A stretch of DNA of 64,000 nucleotides from NCBI GenBank assembly GCA_964512925.1, contig CAZEKH010000003.1:16772-80771 (forward strand). The letters are read 5' to 3'. Both the position numbers and the translations under genes were made by a program. Shown here one piece after another: positions 29,617 to 39,793 of this stretch; the stretch's first letter is position 1, and every line of letters starts with the position of its first letter. The notes under the pieces are model-generated. The model saw nothing but the letters and a program-made list of their open reading frames with translations, was not told the origin of the DNA and did not search any database. Source of the DNA: an uncultured Candidatus Saccharibacteria bacterium (GTDB lineage Bacteria; Patescibacteriota; Doudnabacteria; UBA920).

Positions 29617-30003
29617 TTAGGGGTAAAAATACTTTCTCCATTTCGTAAAATTGCTTTGGCTGTTTTTTTCGGCCGAAACCGCATTTTCAGGTTGATTATT
29701 TTCGGCAAAAAAATATACTTCCTCGCCATCTTGCTTAAAACCCATCTGCCCTTTGGCGAGCCTATCTTTATAGTCAATTGAATTAAAATACTTAATCGAG
29801 TTAAATAACTGGGAATTTTTTTTCTCCATAGCGTCAGTTTGCTCGGAGATTTTTTCTTTTTCTAGAAAAATGGCTTTTTTGTTTAAAAATTGCTTATATT
29901 GAGAAAAGCCTAAAAAACCCGCAAAAAAAATTAAACCTGTAAGTGAAACTGCGAAAACCCAGTCAAAGTTTCGTTTTTTTATTTTTTTTGCCGATATAAT
30001 CAT
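29617..30003 (-). CDS. Septum formation initiator (FtsB/DivIC family)
   Basis: TM, coiled coil, YKDRLAKGQMGFKQDGEEVY. Confidence 0.75.
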   Translation of the reverse strand: MIISAKKIKKRNFDWVFAVSLTGLIFFAGFLGFSQYKQFLNKKAIFLEKEKISEQTDAMEKKNSQLFNSIKYFNSIDYKDRLAKGQMGFKQDGEEVYFFAENNQPENAVSAEKNSQSNFTKWRKYFYP

Positions 30004-30007
30004 ATAA

Positions 30008-30571
30008 TCAGTCTTCCGTAGAGGAGTTTGTTTGGTAGCCAATTTTTTTTTGGATGTCCGGTAAACTCTCTTTGGTTATGTAAGGATTTTGCCCGGTAAT
30101 TTCGTTATGGATTTTCCATAAATAATCCTTGGTTTTAGCCGGCCTGGAAATTTTGGAAAAAACAAGAGGTTCGGTTAATCCGACAATTTGAACATAGATA
30201 TCGCCGTAATTAAATATCGCTGGAAATATGCCTTTGGTTTCAAAAGAAATATTTAATATTCTATCAAGCGGAGTTTCTATTACCCGCTTGTGAACTGTAT
30301 TGTAGAATTGGAGATTGATTAGTCTTTTGTCGGTTAAAATATATGAATTGAGCCTCCATAGCATATAGCGGTGAAAAAAATAAAATATACAAAGCAATGT
30401 CCAAATCCAAAGTCCTTGGCTGAATTTTTCACTCAAACCGTAATTTGAAAGAAAACGCCAGGGAACTAAAATACCGAGAAAAACCAAAAAAACATACTTA
30501 AACAACACAATTTTTGTTTGCCTGTATACTTTGATTATCTTTTCATTTTCTTGAATTTCCGCTTTAAACAT
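30008..30571 (-). CDS. Membrane protein with bacterial PH domain
   Basis: Two TM helices, YILTDKRLI, IFNYGDIYVQ. Confidence 0.75.
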   Translation of the reverse strand: MFKAEIQENEKIIKVYRQTKIVLFKYVFLVFLGILVPWRFLSNYGLSEKFSQGLWIWTLLCIFYFFHRYMLWRLNSYILTDKRLINLQFYNTVHKRVIETPLDRILNISFETKGIFPAIFNYGDIYVQIVGLTEPLVFSKISRPAKTKDYLWKIHNEITGQNPYITKESLPDIQKKIGYQTNSSTED

Positions 30572-30703
30572 ATAGTTTTTAGAGAGCAAAGCCTAAGCCA
30601 AAAGTGGTAATAACCATACTTAATATAATTATTATCGCCACAAAATACATTATGCGGTTTATTAGTTTTCTATTTTGAAACATCGCCAGGTATAAGATTA
30701 AAT

Positions 30704-31324
30704 TTAATTACATTTTAAAGCGCTCAGGCAGGCGGCTTTTTGATCAGCGGGAGCTTGGTCGCAGGCTTGGCATTGGAGCGTTTTTGTATCCATTGTTCCG
30801 GCTGACCCGGCGCCGGGCAGTGTTTGGGTTACTGAAGATAAATCTTTAAATTCAATATTTTTAGGCAACTCAAAAATTGACCTGTCTTCGTCCCACTCTT
30901 CGCAGGAGTAATCAATTTTTTGCTCAGCATCGGTTTGCCCTTTTTGAGTGTTTGAATTTTGATCTTTTGCATTTACTTCGGCTTTAAAACCCATATTACT
31001 TTGGTCAGTCCAGCTATACATAAAGTCGCCGTCTATCAGCATATTTGATTTTATATTTTTTCCTTCTACTTTTGTATTAAAAGAGCTTGCTAATTTTCCT
31101 TTTGAAGAATATATAGTCCCTTGAGTTTCTGAGCCCTGGGACATAAATTTGGCTTCGCATTTTAAGTTTTTTCCCAACATTGCCAACTCTTTAAAGCTTT
31201 TTTGACCCTTTTCCGACTGTTTTGTTTCGGTTTTTTCATAATTTGTCTTAACAGTTGTTTTGTTTCCGCAACTTGCTCCAAGCAGGAGTATGCCAGCTAA
31301 AACCAGCAAAAGTTTATTTTTCAT
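30704..31324 (-). CDS. Hypothetical lipoprotein
   Basis: LLGASC lipobox; Cys-rich C-terminus. Confidence 0.75.
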   Translation of the reverse strand: MKNKLLLVLAGILLLGASCGNKTTVKTNYEKTETKQSEKGQKSFKELAMLGKNLKCEAKFMSQGSETQGTIYSSKGKLASSFNTKVEGKNIKSNMLIDGDFMYSWTDQSNMGFKAEVNAKDQNSNTQKGQTDAEQKIDYSCEEWDEDRSIFELPKNIEFKDLSSVTQTLPGAGSAGTMDTKTLQCQACDQAPADQKAACLSALKCN

Positions 31325-31424
31325 AAGTTTGATCCTTAATTTATTACGAATTTATTATACCATAATTATAAATAAATAAAAAACCCTTTACAGAAGATGT
31401 AAAAGGTTTTAAAAAGTCGCCTAT

Positions 31425-31742
31425 TTAAAAGTTCATTGGCGGGTATTTATCAGTAAGCCCCATCATATAAGCGCTAACCCGGGTATTCCATCTGGTATAA
31501 CCGACCACAAAGTTAAAAAGCGTTTTGGGATATTTACCTGTAAAGAGGACGGCAAATTGTGCAATCACCCAAGCAAGCAGACCTACAAATCCCAAAAAGT
31601 ACAAAATAACCAAGTGAGGCAGTAAAATTAAGAGCCTTGGGAGGAAAAATAATATAGTTGCCAAAGCCAAAAGCCTCGAGGACTTTTCCGGATATTGAAC
31701 TTCGACAGTTACCGGATACTGTTCAACCGACTGTGTTTGCAA
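31425..31742 (-). CDS. DUF4389 family membrane protein
   Basis: LLPHLVIL, LFTGKYP..LFNFVVGYTRWNTRVSAY..LTDKYPP. Confidence 0.8.
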   Translation of the reverse strand: MQTQSVEQYPVTVEVQYPEKSSRLLALATILFFLPRLLILLPHLVILYFLGFVGLLAWVIAQFAVLFTGKYPKTLFNFVVGYTRWNTRVSAYMMGLTDKYPPMNF

Positions 31743-31786
31743 GTTTTGTTCTATAATATTTTATTAAAAAATTAATATTTTAATAT

Positions 31787-33574
31787 TTATTTCTTTAAAA
31801 CAGCTAAAAACGCCTCTTGGGGAATTTCCACTTTCCCTATTTGCTTCATCCGTTTTTTACCCTTTTTTTGTTTGTTCAAAAGTTTCATCTTACGCGTAAC
31901 ATCGCCGCCATATAAGTAGCCTGTCACATCTTTCCTTAGCGCTGAAATGGTTTCTCTTGCAACCACCTTGCCGCCTATGGCTGCTTGGATGGCGATTTCA
32001 AACTGGTGGCGCGGAATGAGTTTTTTAAGGTTCTCCACCAGTTCTTTGCCTTCCTGGTGCGCGCTTATGCGGTGCATTATGGCTGACAAAGCCTCAACTT
32101 TTTCTCCTGCCACTAAAATATCCACCTTGACCAAATCCCCCACCCGTTCTTCTATAAACTCATAGTTCAAAGACGCGTAGCCTGCGGAAACTGATTTCAA
32201 TTTATCGTAAAAATCAATAATAATATTGGCCAAAGGCATTTCAAAACTCATATCAACCCTCTCTTGGCCCAAATATTTTATTTCTTTTGAAACCGCTCTT
32301 CTTTGGGTCGCAATTTCCATTATGGGTCCGATGTGTGATGCCGGGGTTAAAATATTGACTGCCATCCAGGGTTCGTAAATATGTTTTATTACGCTCGGGT
32401 CTGGAAATTCCGAAGGATTGTGGATGTAAAAATTTTCCCCGTTGGTTTTTTCAATTTTATAAGCGACTGAAGGCGCGGTTAAAACCAGGTCCAGATCGTA
32501 TTCGCGGGACAACCTTTCCTGAACAATATCCATATGCAGTAAACCCAAAAAGCCGGTTCTAAAGCCAAAACCGATAGAAGGGATATTTATAGGCTCAAAT
32601 TCCAAAGCCGCGTCTGAAAGTTTCAACTTGTCCATCGCGTCGCGCAAAACCGGGTAATCATCGCCTGAAACCGGAAAAATAGTGGCATAAACCATAGGCT
32701 TAACTTGCTTGTAACCAGGTAATATTTCAACGGAATTTTTTGCAGACAAAAGCGTGACAGTATCTCCCACGCGGGCTTTGGACACGTCGCGCAGTCCGGT
32801 TACAATATAGCCAACTTCCCCGGTTTTAATCTCGTCGCAAGGATCAAATTTTGGCTTGAAATATCCAACTTCAAGGCTTTCAGCTTCGGTTTTACTGCCA
32901 ATGGTATAAATTTTCTGACGGTTCTTTAATTCACCATCAATTGCCCTGACAAAAACAACCACTCCTCTGTGTATATCATACAGGGAGTCAAATATCAGTC
33001 CGCGGAAAGGCTTCTGGGGACTTCCTTTTGGCGAAGGGAGTCTTTCTATTACGGCTTTTAAAATATTCTCCACTCCCTCGCCGGTTTTACCAGAAGCATA
33101 AAGAATTTCTTCATCTTTAAAACCAAAGGCGGCCTTGAGTTCATCCGCGGTTTTTTTGCGATCAGAATTCGGCAAGTCAATTTTATTAACTACTGGGATC
33201 AAAACCAAATCGTGTTCCATTGCCAGATAAACATTGGCTAGAGTTTGAGCTTCTATGCCTTGGGTTGAGTCAACAACTAAAATCGCGCCTTCGCAGCAGG
33301 CCAATGACCTTGAAACTTCATAGGTGAAATCCACATGTCCTGGCGTATCAATCAGGTTGAGGATATAGGGCGTAGAATTTAGCGTGTAGTTCATCCGCAC
33401 TGGTTGCAGTTTGATGGTTATGCCTCGTTCCCGCTCCAAATCCATCTGATCTAAAAGCTGGGATTTCATCTCCCGAAGGGAGACAGTTTTTGTAACTTCC
33501 AAAAGTCGATCCGCCAGCGTGGATTTACCGTGGTCAATATGGGCAATAATGCAAAAATTTCTTATGTTATTCAT
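31787..33574 (-). CDS. lepA: Elongation factor 4
   Basis: IRNFCIIAHIDHGKSTL, DTPGHVDF, YGGDVTRKMKLL. Confidence 0.97.
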   Translation of the reverse strand: MNNIRNFCIIAHIDHGKSTLADRLLEVTKTVSLREMKSQLLDQMDLERERGITIKLQPVRMNYTLNSTPYILNLIDTPGHVDFTYEVSRSLACCEGAILVVDSTQGIEAQTLANVYLAMEHDLVLIPVVNKIDLPNSDRKKTADELKAAFGFKDEEILYASGKTGEGVENILKAVIERLPSPKGSPQKPFRGLIFDSLYDIHRGVVVFVRAIDGELKNRQKIYTIGSKTEAESLEVGYFKPKFDPCDEIKTGEVGYIVTGLRDVSKARVGDTVTLLSAKNSVEILPGYKQVKPMVYATIFPVSGDDYPVLRDAMDKLKLSDAALEFEPINIPSIGFGFRTGFLGLLHMDIVQERLSREYDLDLVLTAPSVAYKIEKTNGENFYIHNPSEFPDPSVIKHIYEPWMAVNILTPASHIGPIMEIATQRRAVSKEIKYLGQERVDMSFEMPLANIIIDFYDKLKSVSAGYASLNYEFIEERVGDLVKVDILVAGEKVEALSAIMHRISAHQEGKELVENLKKLIPRHQFEIAIQAAIGGKVVARETISALRKDVTGYLYGGDVTRKMKLLNKQKKGKKRMKQIGKVEIPQEAFLAVLKK

Positions 33575-35162
33575 TTTTCTTCAACATTCTCCAAATTTCT
33601 TCCGCCTCGCGTAATTTTAGCTTAATTGCCACAAAAATGAAAGCCGCAATCCCGACCGCGCTTGAGGTGATGGATTGGAACAAAATTCCTGTTGCGGTTT
33701 GCGTATCCACCAAAGGCCCGATAATTTTTAGGGATAAATATGAAACTTCAGCCAAAATGAAGCTGGCGCAAATAATTTTTAGAGCGGAGCTTAAAATTTT
33801 TGCATTAAAAACTTTAAAATGAACGTCGGAAAAACCTTTCAGCCTTTGGCGGAGCAAAAAAAATAAAACCGTAAATCCGCTGATGCTGGCAATGGTAAAC
33901 GCCGCGGCTAAACCCGGTAGAGCAAAGGCATAAATTTTCGTAAAAACATAAGCGCAACAAATATTTATGGCAATAGCTATAGAGTTTGCAAAGACCGGAA
34001 TCTTAGTATTTTGCGTGGCATAAAAAGCTCTGGCAAATAAAGGCATTACTCCCTGTGAAAAGAGGCTAAAACAGAAAATGCCCAGCGCTGTAAAAGTTAA
34101 GCGGGTGTCATTCCAATCAAATTCTCCCCTGCCAAAACCGAGTCTTACAACATATGAGCGCATCAAAAACAGTAAAACGGAAATAGGAATTAAAAAAAAT
34201 AAAACTTTAATAGTGGAATCCTCCAGGGTTTTAAAAAATGCCGGAAAATTTCTTTCTGCGTAGTATTGGGACAAGGCAGGAAAAGCCGCAACAGAAACGG
34301 AATATCCAAAAATACCCAAAGGCACAGCAGCCAAGTCAAGGGCTAAATTGAATATTGAGATTGTGCCCGAAGTTAGAGTTGAGCCGACAATGGTTGCTAT
34401 TATTAAACTTACATTAGCCAGATCTATGCCGAAAATCCTAGGTAAAAACAGAAGAAAAATTTTTTTTAGAGCTGTCTCCTTAAACAGGATTATGGCTTGA
34501 TATTTATAGCCTAAACTTATGACCTGGGGTATTTGGGCGGCAATATGAAGAAGTGATCCCAAAATAACCCCTAACCCCCAGCCTAAAAATCCAAATTTTG
34601 GGAAAAGGTATAGAAATCCAAAAATAATCCCCAGATTATATAAGATGGGAGACAAGCTTGCGGCAAGAAACTTTTTTTGCGAATTCAAAATAGAGCTGAG
34701 TATGCTGGAAATGGTAAAAAGTACAGGTGTTATGAGCAGGAGCCTTGTTAAAAATACTGTACTCCAAAATTTTTCGCCATAAAATCCCGGCGTCAGCATT
34801 TTTACCAGTTCAGGAGCAAAAATGGCCAGGCTGCCGCAGATTACCACCATAACAGCAACTGCGCAATTCATTACAGAGTTGGCAATTTTATAGGCGTTTT
34901 TGGAATTTTTTTTAAATTCATCAACAAAAACCGGTATAAAGGAAACGGATAAAGTTCCCAAAATCATTAAATTAAAAACCAGATCGGGAATCCGAAAGGC
35001 GGCATAATAAATATCCAATTTGTCCCCTGGACCTAATAGAGAGGCAAATAACGCGCTTCTGACAAAGCCCGTCAGCCTGGAAAAAATGGTAAAAAAGCCG
35101 ATTAGAGCCGCAGCTTTTCCCACAGAAAAATTTTTTTCAAGATTTTTTAAAGTATTTATCAT
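33567..35162 (-). CDS. murJ: Lipid II flippase MurJ
   Basis: SRLTGFVR, AAFRIPD, FARAFYATQNTKIP; many TM helices. Confidence 0.93.
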   Translation of the reverse strand: MINTLKNLEKNFSVGKAAALIGFFTIFSRLTGFVRSALFASLLGPGDKLDIYYAAFRIPDLVFNLMILGTLSVSFIPVFVDEFKKNSKNAYKIANSVMNCAVAVMVVICGSLAIFAPELVKMLTPGFYGEKFWSTVFLTRLLLITPVLFTISSILSSILNSQKKFLAASLSPILYNLGIIFGFLYLFPKFGFLGWGLGVILGSLLHIAAQIPQVISLGYKYQAIILFKETALKKIFLLFLPRIFGIDLANVSLIIATIVGSTLTSGTISIFNLALDLAAVPLGIFGYSVSVAAFPALSQYYAERNFPAFFKTLEDSTIKVLFFLIPISVLLFLMRSYVVRLGFGRGEFDWNDTRLTFTALGIFCFSLFSQGVMPLFARAFYATQNTKIPVFANSIAIAINICCAYVFTKIYAFALPGLAAAFTIASISGFTVLFFLLRQRLKGFSDVHFKVFNAKILSSALKIICASFILAEVSYLSLKIIGPLVDTQTATGILFQSITSSAVGIAAFIFVAIKLKLREAEEIWRMLKKNE

Positions 35163-37306
35163 TTACTTGAAAATATTATGCCGAAAAATTTGTCAGATTC
35201 TTCTTCTGTTTCAAACGACAAGAAACTTGAATCCAATTTTTGCGGTTTAAAATTCATCCATTCTATGGTTTTACCTGGAAATTTAACCGCGTATGACAAC
35301 GTTTGTTTTTGAGCTCCCGGCTGTTTTTGCCATAACAGAGTAAAACGGTCTGTTAAAGCAAGTTTAAACGGCAGTTTGTATTTAATGTTTATAGATTTGC
35401 TCTCGCCACCTTTAAGATTCATCCAGTTTCCAAAATACGTCTTGTTCGCTTCTTTGCCGATCAGAGTGCCGGTTAAAACATCCTTAACCGCGGATTTTTC
35501 CCAAGCCAGAATGTCGCTGTCCGATTTAAAGGCATTGTCGCGGGGCATCTCTCCGATATTTTTATAGTCAAAGCCGGAAATTGATATTAATTCCGAATTT
35601 TCAGGGACAAAAACCCGTATAAACGATAAATTAAACGCGTATTCCAAGTTCGGCAGGTTATTTTTTCTTGTTATTTTTAAATTGTTTACTATACTTCCGT
35701 CTTCTAAAAATTCCGTTTCAAGTTCTAAGTTTTGCGCGATATGGAGATCGGTTTTTGTTCCGCCTAAATTCGCCGTCGCAACGCCTAAAAAATCCCTGTC
35801 AGTGGTATGAACAGAACCATCCCACCCGAATTCTTTAAAAGTATTTTGCATTTGTTGGTTTGGGCTGTAAAACATAATTTGTTTGCCAGCCGTTTGCTTC
35901 TGATAACTTTCTAGCGCCAGAAGCTTTTCAGAAACACTCAGAGTTGATATTTTTTCCAGCAAAATGGGAAATAAATCCGCTAGGATTTGTTTTGGAAGGT
36001 TTTCAGCCTTGTCTTGGCTTAAGGTTGATTGGGCTTCAATTTGTTCGGAAAAATTTTCTGCGTCTATATCCACATTTTGAGACCTAATACTAACAGTTCC
36101 GGTCAAATTTAAAAGGTCTTTTACCAATTCCGGAGTCATTGCGATTAAAAGATCCGGTGTTTCGTTACCTTCTTTCTCGTAAAATGAAATGGCTTTTTTA
36201 GCATTCGAGGGAAAATCAAAAAACCAGTTGCTATCACGCAAAAACCAACGGTTGTTAACGTTATATAAGGGGTGGGGAGGAAAAATTTCTTCAGTTAACT
36301 GGCCGTCCAAATCATAAATACTGCTGATTTTCTGCTGTTTGATTTGACCGTCTTCAATTAAAAATTTTCCATATGTCCCGATAAACCCGCCTCCGGGCCT
36401 GAGTTCGTTGTTATTTAAAAACAAAATCAATATATGTTTTTTACCGGTTAGGATCTGCCTGGTCAATCCAAACAACAAATTCAGGTTTTTAAAATCCTCA
36501 GAGGCTTGCGCGGTTATAAATTTTACTTTTAAAAACAGGTCTTGTTGGTTTTTGGGCAAAAAACCAACATTGACCTTGGACAGACTTAAGTCAGCCGCAA
36601 TGAAATACGCTTGAATTTTTTGAAAGGAAGGTTCTATTTTCGCAAATATTTCAGGGAGAGTCGGTTCCGAATACACGCCGCCGGGCGTAACTTTTATTTT
36701 AGAAATTTGTTCTAAAATTTGCGAACTTTCATAACCGGCCCCGGCCAAGGTTTTTGACGCATAAAGCAGATTTTCAGCCGTTTTTGATTGCGGTGTTAAA
36801 TCAAAAATTTTTTTTGAATCTTTAGAGGCTTGTTTTAAATCATTTTCAGCGCTGGAAAAAGTTTGAACAGCTTTGTAAAAACTTTTTTGGGCATTTACAG
36901 AATCTAAATTTGAAAGGTTTTTGCCTGCTATGCTTGTCTGGCTGATACCTAGTACGGCTTTTTCCTTAAGTCTATCTTTTACCGACAACCCATATGCGGC
37001 TAATCCGAAAAACTTCAAAGCGCCCAGGAGGGCAAAAGAAACTAGAATAAACAAACTAAAATTTGCCACAAATTTTAGTTTAAAAAATTCTTTGCTCCGT
37101 AGTCTTGCTGAATGTAAAAATCTGCGTCTTTCCCAATCCAAAAATTTAACCGTGCCGATAAACAGGTTTAAAACCATCAGGCCGAAAAAATAGCAAAGGT
37201 TAAAAATCGGTTTCCAAAAAAACGCAAAGCCGGACCCAGCTTTTAAATGGCTTGGTTTATAAAGCCCTTTTTTAAAATATAATCTGGTAATTTTTTTGTT
37301 GCTCAT
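35159..37306 (-). CDS. DUF4012 domain protein
   Basis: LFLNNNELRPGGGFIG, LRDSNWFFDFP; start taken at MSNKK, overlapping the ftsW stop. Confidence 0.8.
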   Translation of the reverse strand: MSNKKITRLYFKKGLYKPSHLKAGSGFAFFWKPIFNLCYFFGLMVLNLFIGTVKFLDWERRRFLHSARLRSKEFFKLKFVANFSLFILVSFALLGALKFFGLAAYGLSVKDRLKEKAVLGISQTSIAGKNLSNLDSVNAQKSFYKAVQTFSSAENDLKQASKDSKKIFDLTPQSKTAENLLYASKTLAGAGYESSQILEQISKIKVTPGGVYSEPTLPEIFAKIEPSFQKIQAYFIAADLSLSKVNVGFLPKNQQDLFLKVKFITAQASEDFKNLNLLFGLTRQILTGKKHILILFLNNNELRPGGGFIGTYGKFLIEDGQIKQQKISSIYDLDGQLTEEIFPPHPLYNVNNRWFLRDSNWFFDFPSNAKKAISFYEKEGNETPDLLIAMTPELVKDLLNLTGTVSIRSQNVDIDAENFSEQIEAQSTLSQDKAENLPKQILADLFPILLEKISTLSVSEKLLALESYQKQTAGKQIMFYSPNQQMQNTFKEFGWDGSVHTTDRDFLGVATANLGGTKTDLHIAQNLELETEFLEDGSIVNNLKITRKNNLPNLEYAFNLSFIRVFVPENSELISISGFDYKNIGEMPRDNAFKSDSDILAWEKSAVKDVLTGTLIGKEANKTYFGNWMNLKGGESKSINIKYKLPFKLALTDRFTLLWQKQPGAQKQTLSYAVKFPGKTIEWMNFKPQKLDSSFLSFETEEESDKFFGIIFSSK

Positions 37307-38418
37307 TTGGAATTTTTCGCAATACTCATAATTATACCCGCCGCAAACATATTCATTATTAGCGCTGAACTTCCATAGCTGAAAAAAGGCAGAGGAATGC
37401 CCGTTAGCGGCACCAGTCTGAGCATAGCTGCTATATTGATTATAACTTGTATTGCAATCCAAGACATAATTCCAAATGCCAGCATTTTTCCAAAGCGGTC
37501 TTTTGCCGATTTCGCTATACTCGCCATACTTAAGATAAAAGCCGTATATAAAGCTAAAATGCCAGATGATCTTAAAAAACCCAACTCTTCGGCCGTAACC
37601 GCAAAAATTGAATCATTCATCACTTCGGGCAGATAATTGTGTTTCTGCCTTGAAAGCCCATATCCATAACCCCAAAATTTCCCTGATCCGACAGCCAACA
37701 TTGCTTGGTTGATGTGATAGCTGATGCCTTTTGGATCATCCTGAGGGTTTAAAAATGCGTTGATTCTGTTTGCGCGATAGGGTTCAAAATGCACAAAACC
37801 AGCCAGAAATACAATACTAGTCAAAGCAGACCAAAAAAAATATTTCCAACTTATACCTGCGGTAAAAAGCATAGAGGCGGCAATACCTCCTAAAACCAGA
37901 GCGCTGCCCAAGTCAGGCTGCCAAAGGATTAAAAAACAAAGCAACCCCGTAACAACAATCGGCGGGAGCAAGCCAAAATAAAAATCATTGATTCGGCTTT
38001 CTTTTTTTTCTGCCCAGGAAGCCAAATAAAATATCAAAGCTATTTTTGCAAGTTCTGAAGGCTGAAAAGTAAAAATACCCAAATTCAGCCAGCGCGTTGC
38101 GCCACCGGAACTGATACCCAAGCTGGAAATTTTGACAGCTAGAAGTGAAAGCAGGGCTACCACCACCACCAACCCGAGGTATTTATGCCAAAGTCTGTAT
38201 GGCACTTTCCAGCCGAGAAAAAAAGCCATTAAGCCTAAAATTAAGCCGAATGTAAACTGATGGATAATATAATAGGTTGTGGTGCCTGCCACCCGGTAAG
38301 AGTCAACGGTTGACGCGGAATATAGCGAAACAAAACCGATTGCTAAAAGTCCCGCCAGGGTAATTATAAATCCCCAGCTATTTTTTAACCCCGGGTTTGT
38401 GAGCGAATTTTTTTGCAT
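37303..38418 (-). CDS. ftsW: Cell division protein FtsW (SEDS family)
   Basis: GATRWL, FQPSELAK, QPDLG, GIPLPFFSYGSS. Confidence 0.92.
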   Translation of the reverse strand: MQKNSLTNPGLKNSWGFIITLAGLLAIGFVSLYSASTVDSYRVAGTTTYYIIHQFTFGLILGLMAFFLGWKVPYRLWHKYLGLVVVVALLSLLAVKISSLGISSGGATRWLNLGIFTFQPSELAKIALIFYLASWAEKKESRINDFYFGLLPPIVVTGLLCFLILWQPDLGSALVLGGIAASMLFTAGISWKYFFWSALTSIVFLAGFVHFEPYRANRINAFLNPQDDPKGISYHINQAMLAVGSGKFWGYGYGLSRQKHNYLPEVMNDSIFAVTAEELGFLRSSGILALYTAFILSMASIAKSAKDRFGKMLAFGIMSWIAIQVIINIAAMLRLVPLTGIPLPFFSYGSSALIMNMFAAGIIMSIAKNSK

Positions 38419-39793
38419 ATTTTATAAATTGTTCTCCGCGGTCCTTGTAATTTTTAAACATTCCAAATGACGCGCACGCCGGACTTAGAAGCACAACATC
38501 GCCGCGGACCGCCACATTTTTTATTTGCTTGAAAACATCTGACATTGTTGAGGCGCCTTCTTGCAGATTTAAGCTGTTTTTAAACCGGTTAATTTCCGTT
38601 TTGATTTTTTTAGCTTCTTGGCCGATCAGTATTATGGACTTGATATAAGGCGATTCTGAAACGGTTTTTGCCAACATTGAAAAGTCGGAATCTTTAACTG
38701 AGCCGCCTAAAATCAGTATTATGGGCTTAGAAAAACAGGAGATGGCGGCAATGGCTGATTCAGGAACAGTTGAGAAAGAATCATTATAAAACAATATTCC
38801 CTGCTTTTTTGCTACGAGCTGCATTCTGTGCTTTAAGCCGCGGAAGTTTTTAACAGATTTTGCGATAGCTTTTTTTTCACAGCCGGCCGCCAAAGCGGCA
38901 GCTGAGGCTGCCATAATATTTTCCAAATTATATTCCCCTATGAGCCCAACTTCGTTTCTGTTAACTAATTCAATATCTTTTACTTTATTTGATTTGTATA
39001 TGATAGAATCTTTGCTCAAAAAAATATTGTTATTAAAATAATTTTTACTTCCAAAAAAAATTTTGCTAGCTTTTGTAAGCGTGTGAAAGCCAAGCGAATT
39101 TTTATTGTCTGAATTTACAATGCAAAAATCATTTTTTTTCTGAAACCTGACAATATTACTTTTAGCATTTAGATATTCGGAAAAAGTCTTGTGATAGTTT
39201 AAATGTTCAGGCGCGAGCATTAAAACAACCGCAATGTGCGGGCTTTTATGCAAATCCGCAAGTTGATAGCTGGATAGTTCATAAACTACCCAATCATCCG
39301 GTTTTAATTTATTCAAAATTTTAAATGGTGAAATTCCTCCAATATTACCGGTTATGTAGATATTGTTTTTTTTGAATTTTTTACTTGACTTTAAAATCTT
39401 ATAGATTAATGTGGCTGTTGTGCCCTTGCCTTTTGTGCCTGTTACGCCGATTATTTTACACGGACATAAGTCAAAAAAAAATTTTGTTTGGCTGGAAAAT
39501 ACCAAACCTTTGCGGGCTGCGGATTTCAGAGCTGGATCATTTAAGTTAATACCAGGTGATCGGAAAGCCAGATCAAATCCAGGAAGTTCAAGAAAAGCAT
39601 CTATACCAAAAATGAAATTTAAGCGCAAAGATTTGACCGCGTTTTTTTCAGGGGTTGAAAATTCGCTCCATGGTCTTTGGTCAAAAAGCACGGGTTTAAG
39701 CCCGTGCTGCAACAAATATCGGGCTGTTTCCATTCCTTCTTTTCCGGCCCCTAAAACCGCTATAAGTTTGTTTTGCAAGGCTGTAAAATTCAT
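38378..39793 (-). CDS. murD: UDP-MurNAc-L-Ala--D-Glu ligase
   Basis: GVTGTKGKGTT, ELSSYQL, LLSPACASFGMFKNYKDRG. Confidence 0.95.
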   Translation of the reverse strand: MNFTALQNKLIAVLGAGKEGMETARYLLQHGLKPVLFDQRPWSEFSTPEKNAVKSLRLNFIFGIDAFLELPGFDLAFRSPGINLNDPALKSAARKGLVFSSQTKFFFDLCPCKIIGVTGTKGKGTTATLIYKILKSSKKFKKNNIYITGNIGGISPFKILNKLKPDDWVVYELSSYQLADLHKSPHIAVVLMLAPEHLNYHKTFSEYLNAKSNIVRFQKKNDFCIVNSDNKNSLGFHTLTKASKIFFGSKNYFNNNIFLSKDSIIYKSNKVKDIELVNRNEVGLIGEYNLENIMAASAAALAAGCEKKAIAKSVKNFRGLKHRMQLVAKKQGILFYNDSFSTVPESAIAAISCFSKPIILILGGSVKDSDFSMLAKTVSESPYIKSIILIGQEAKKIKTEINRFKNSLNLQEGASTMSDVFKQIKNVAVRGDVVLLSPACASFGMFKNYKDRGEQFIKYAKKFAHKPGVKK

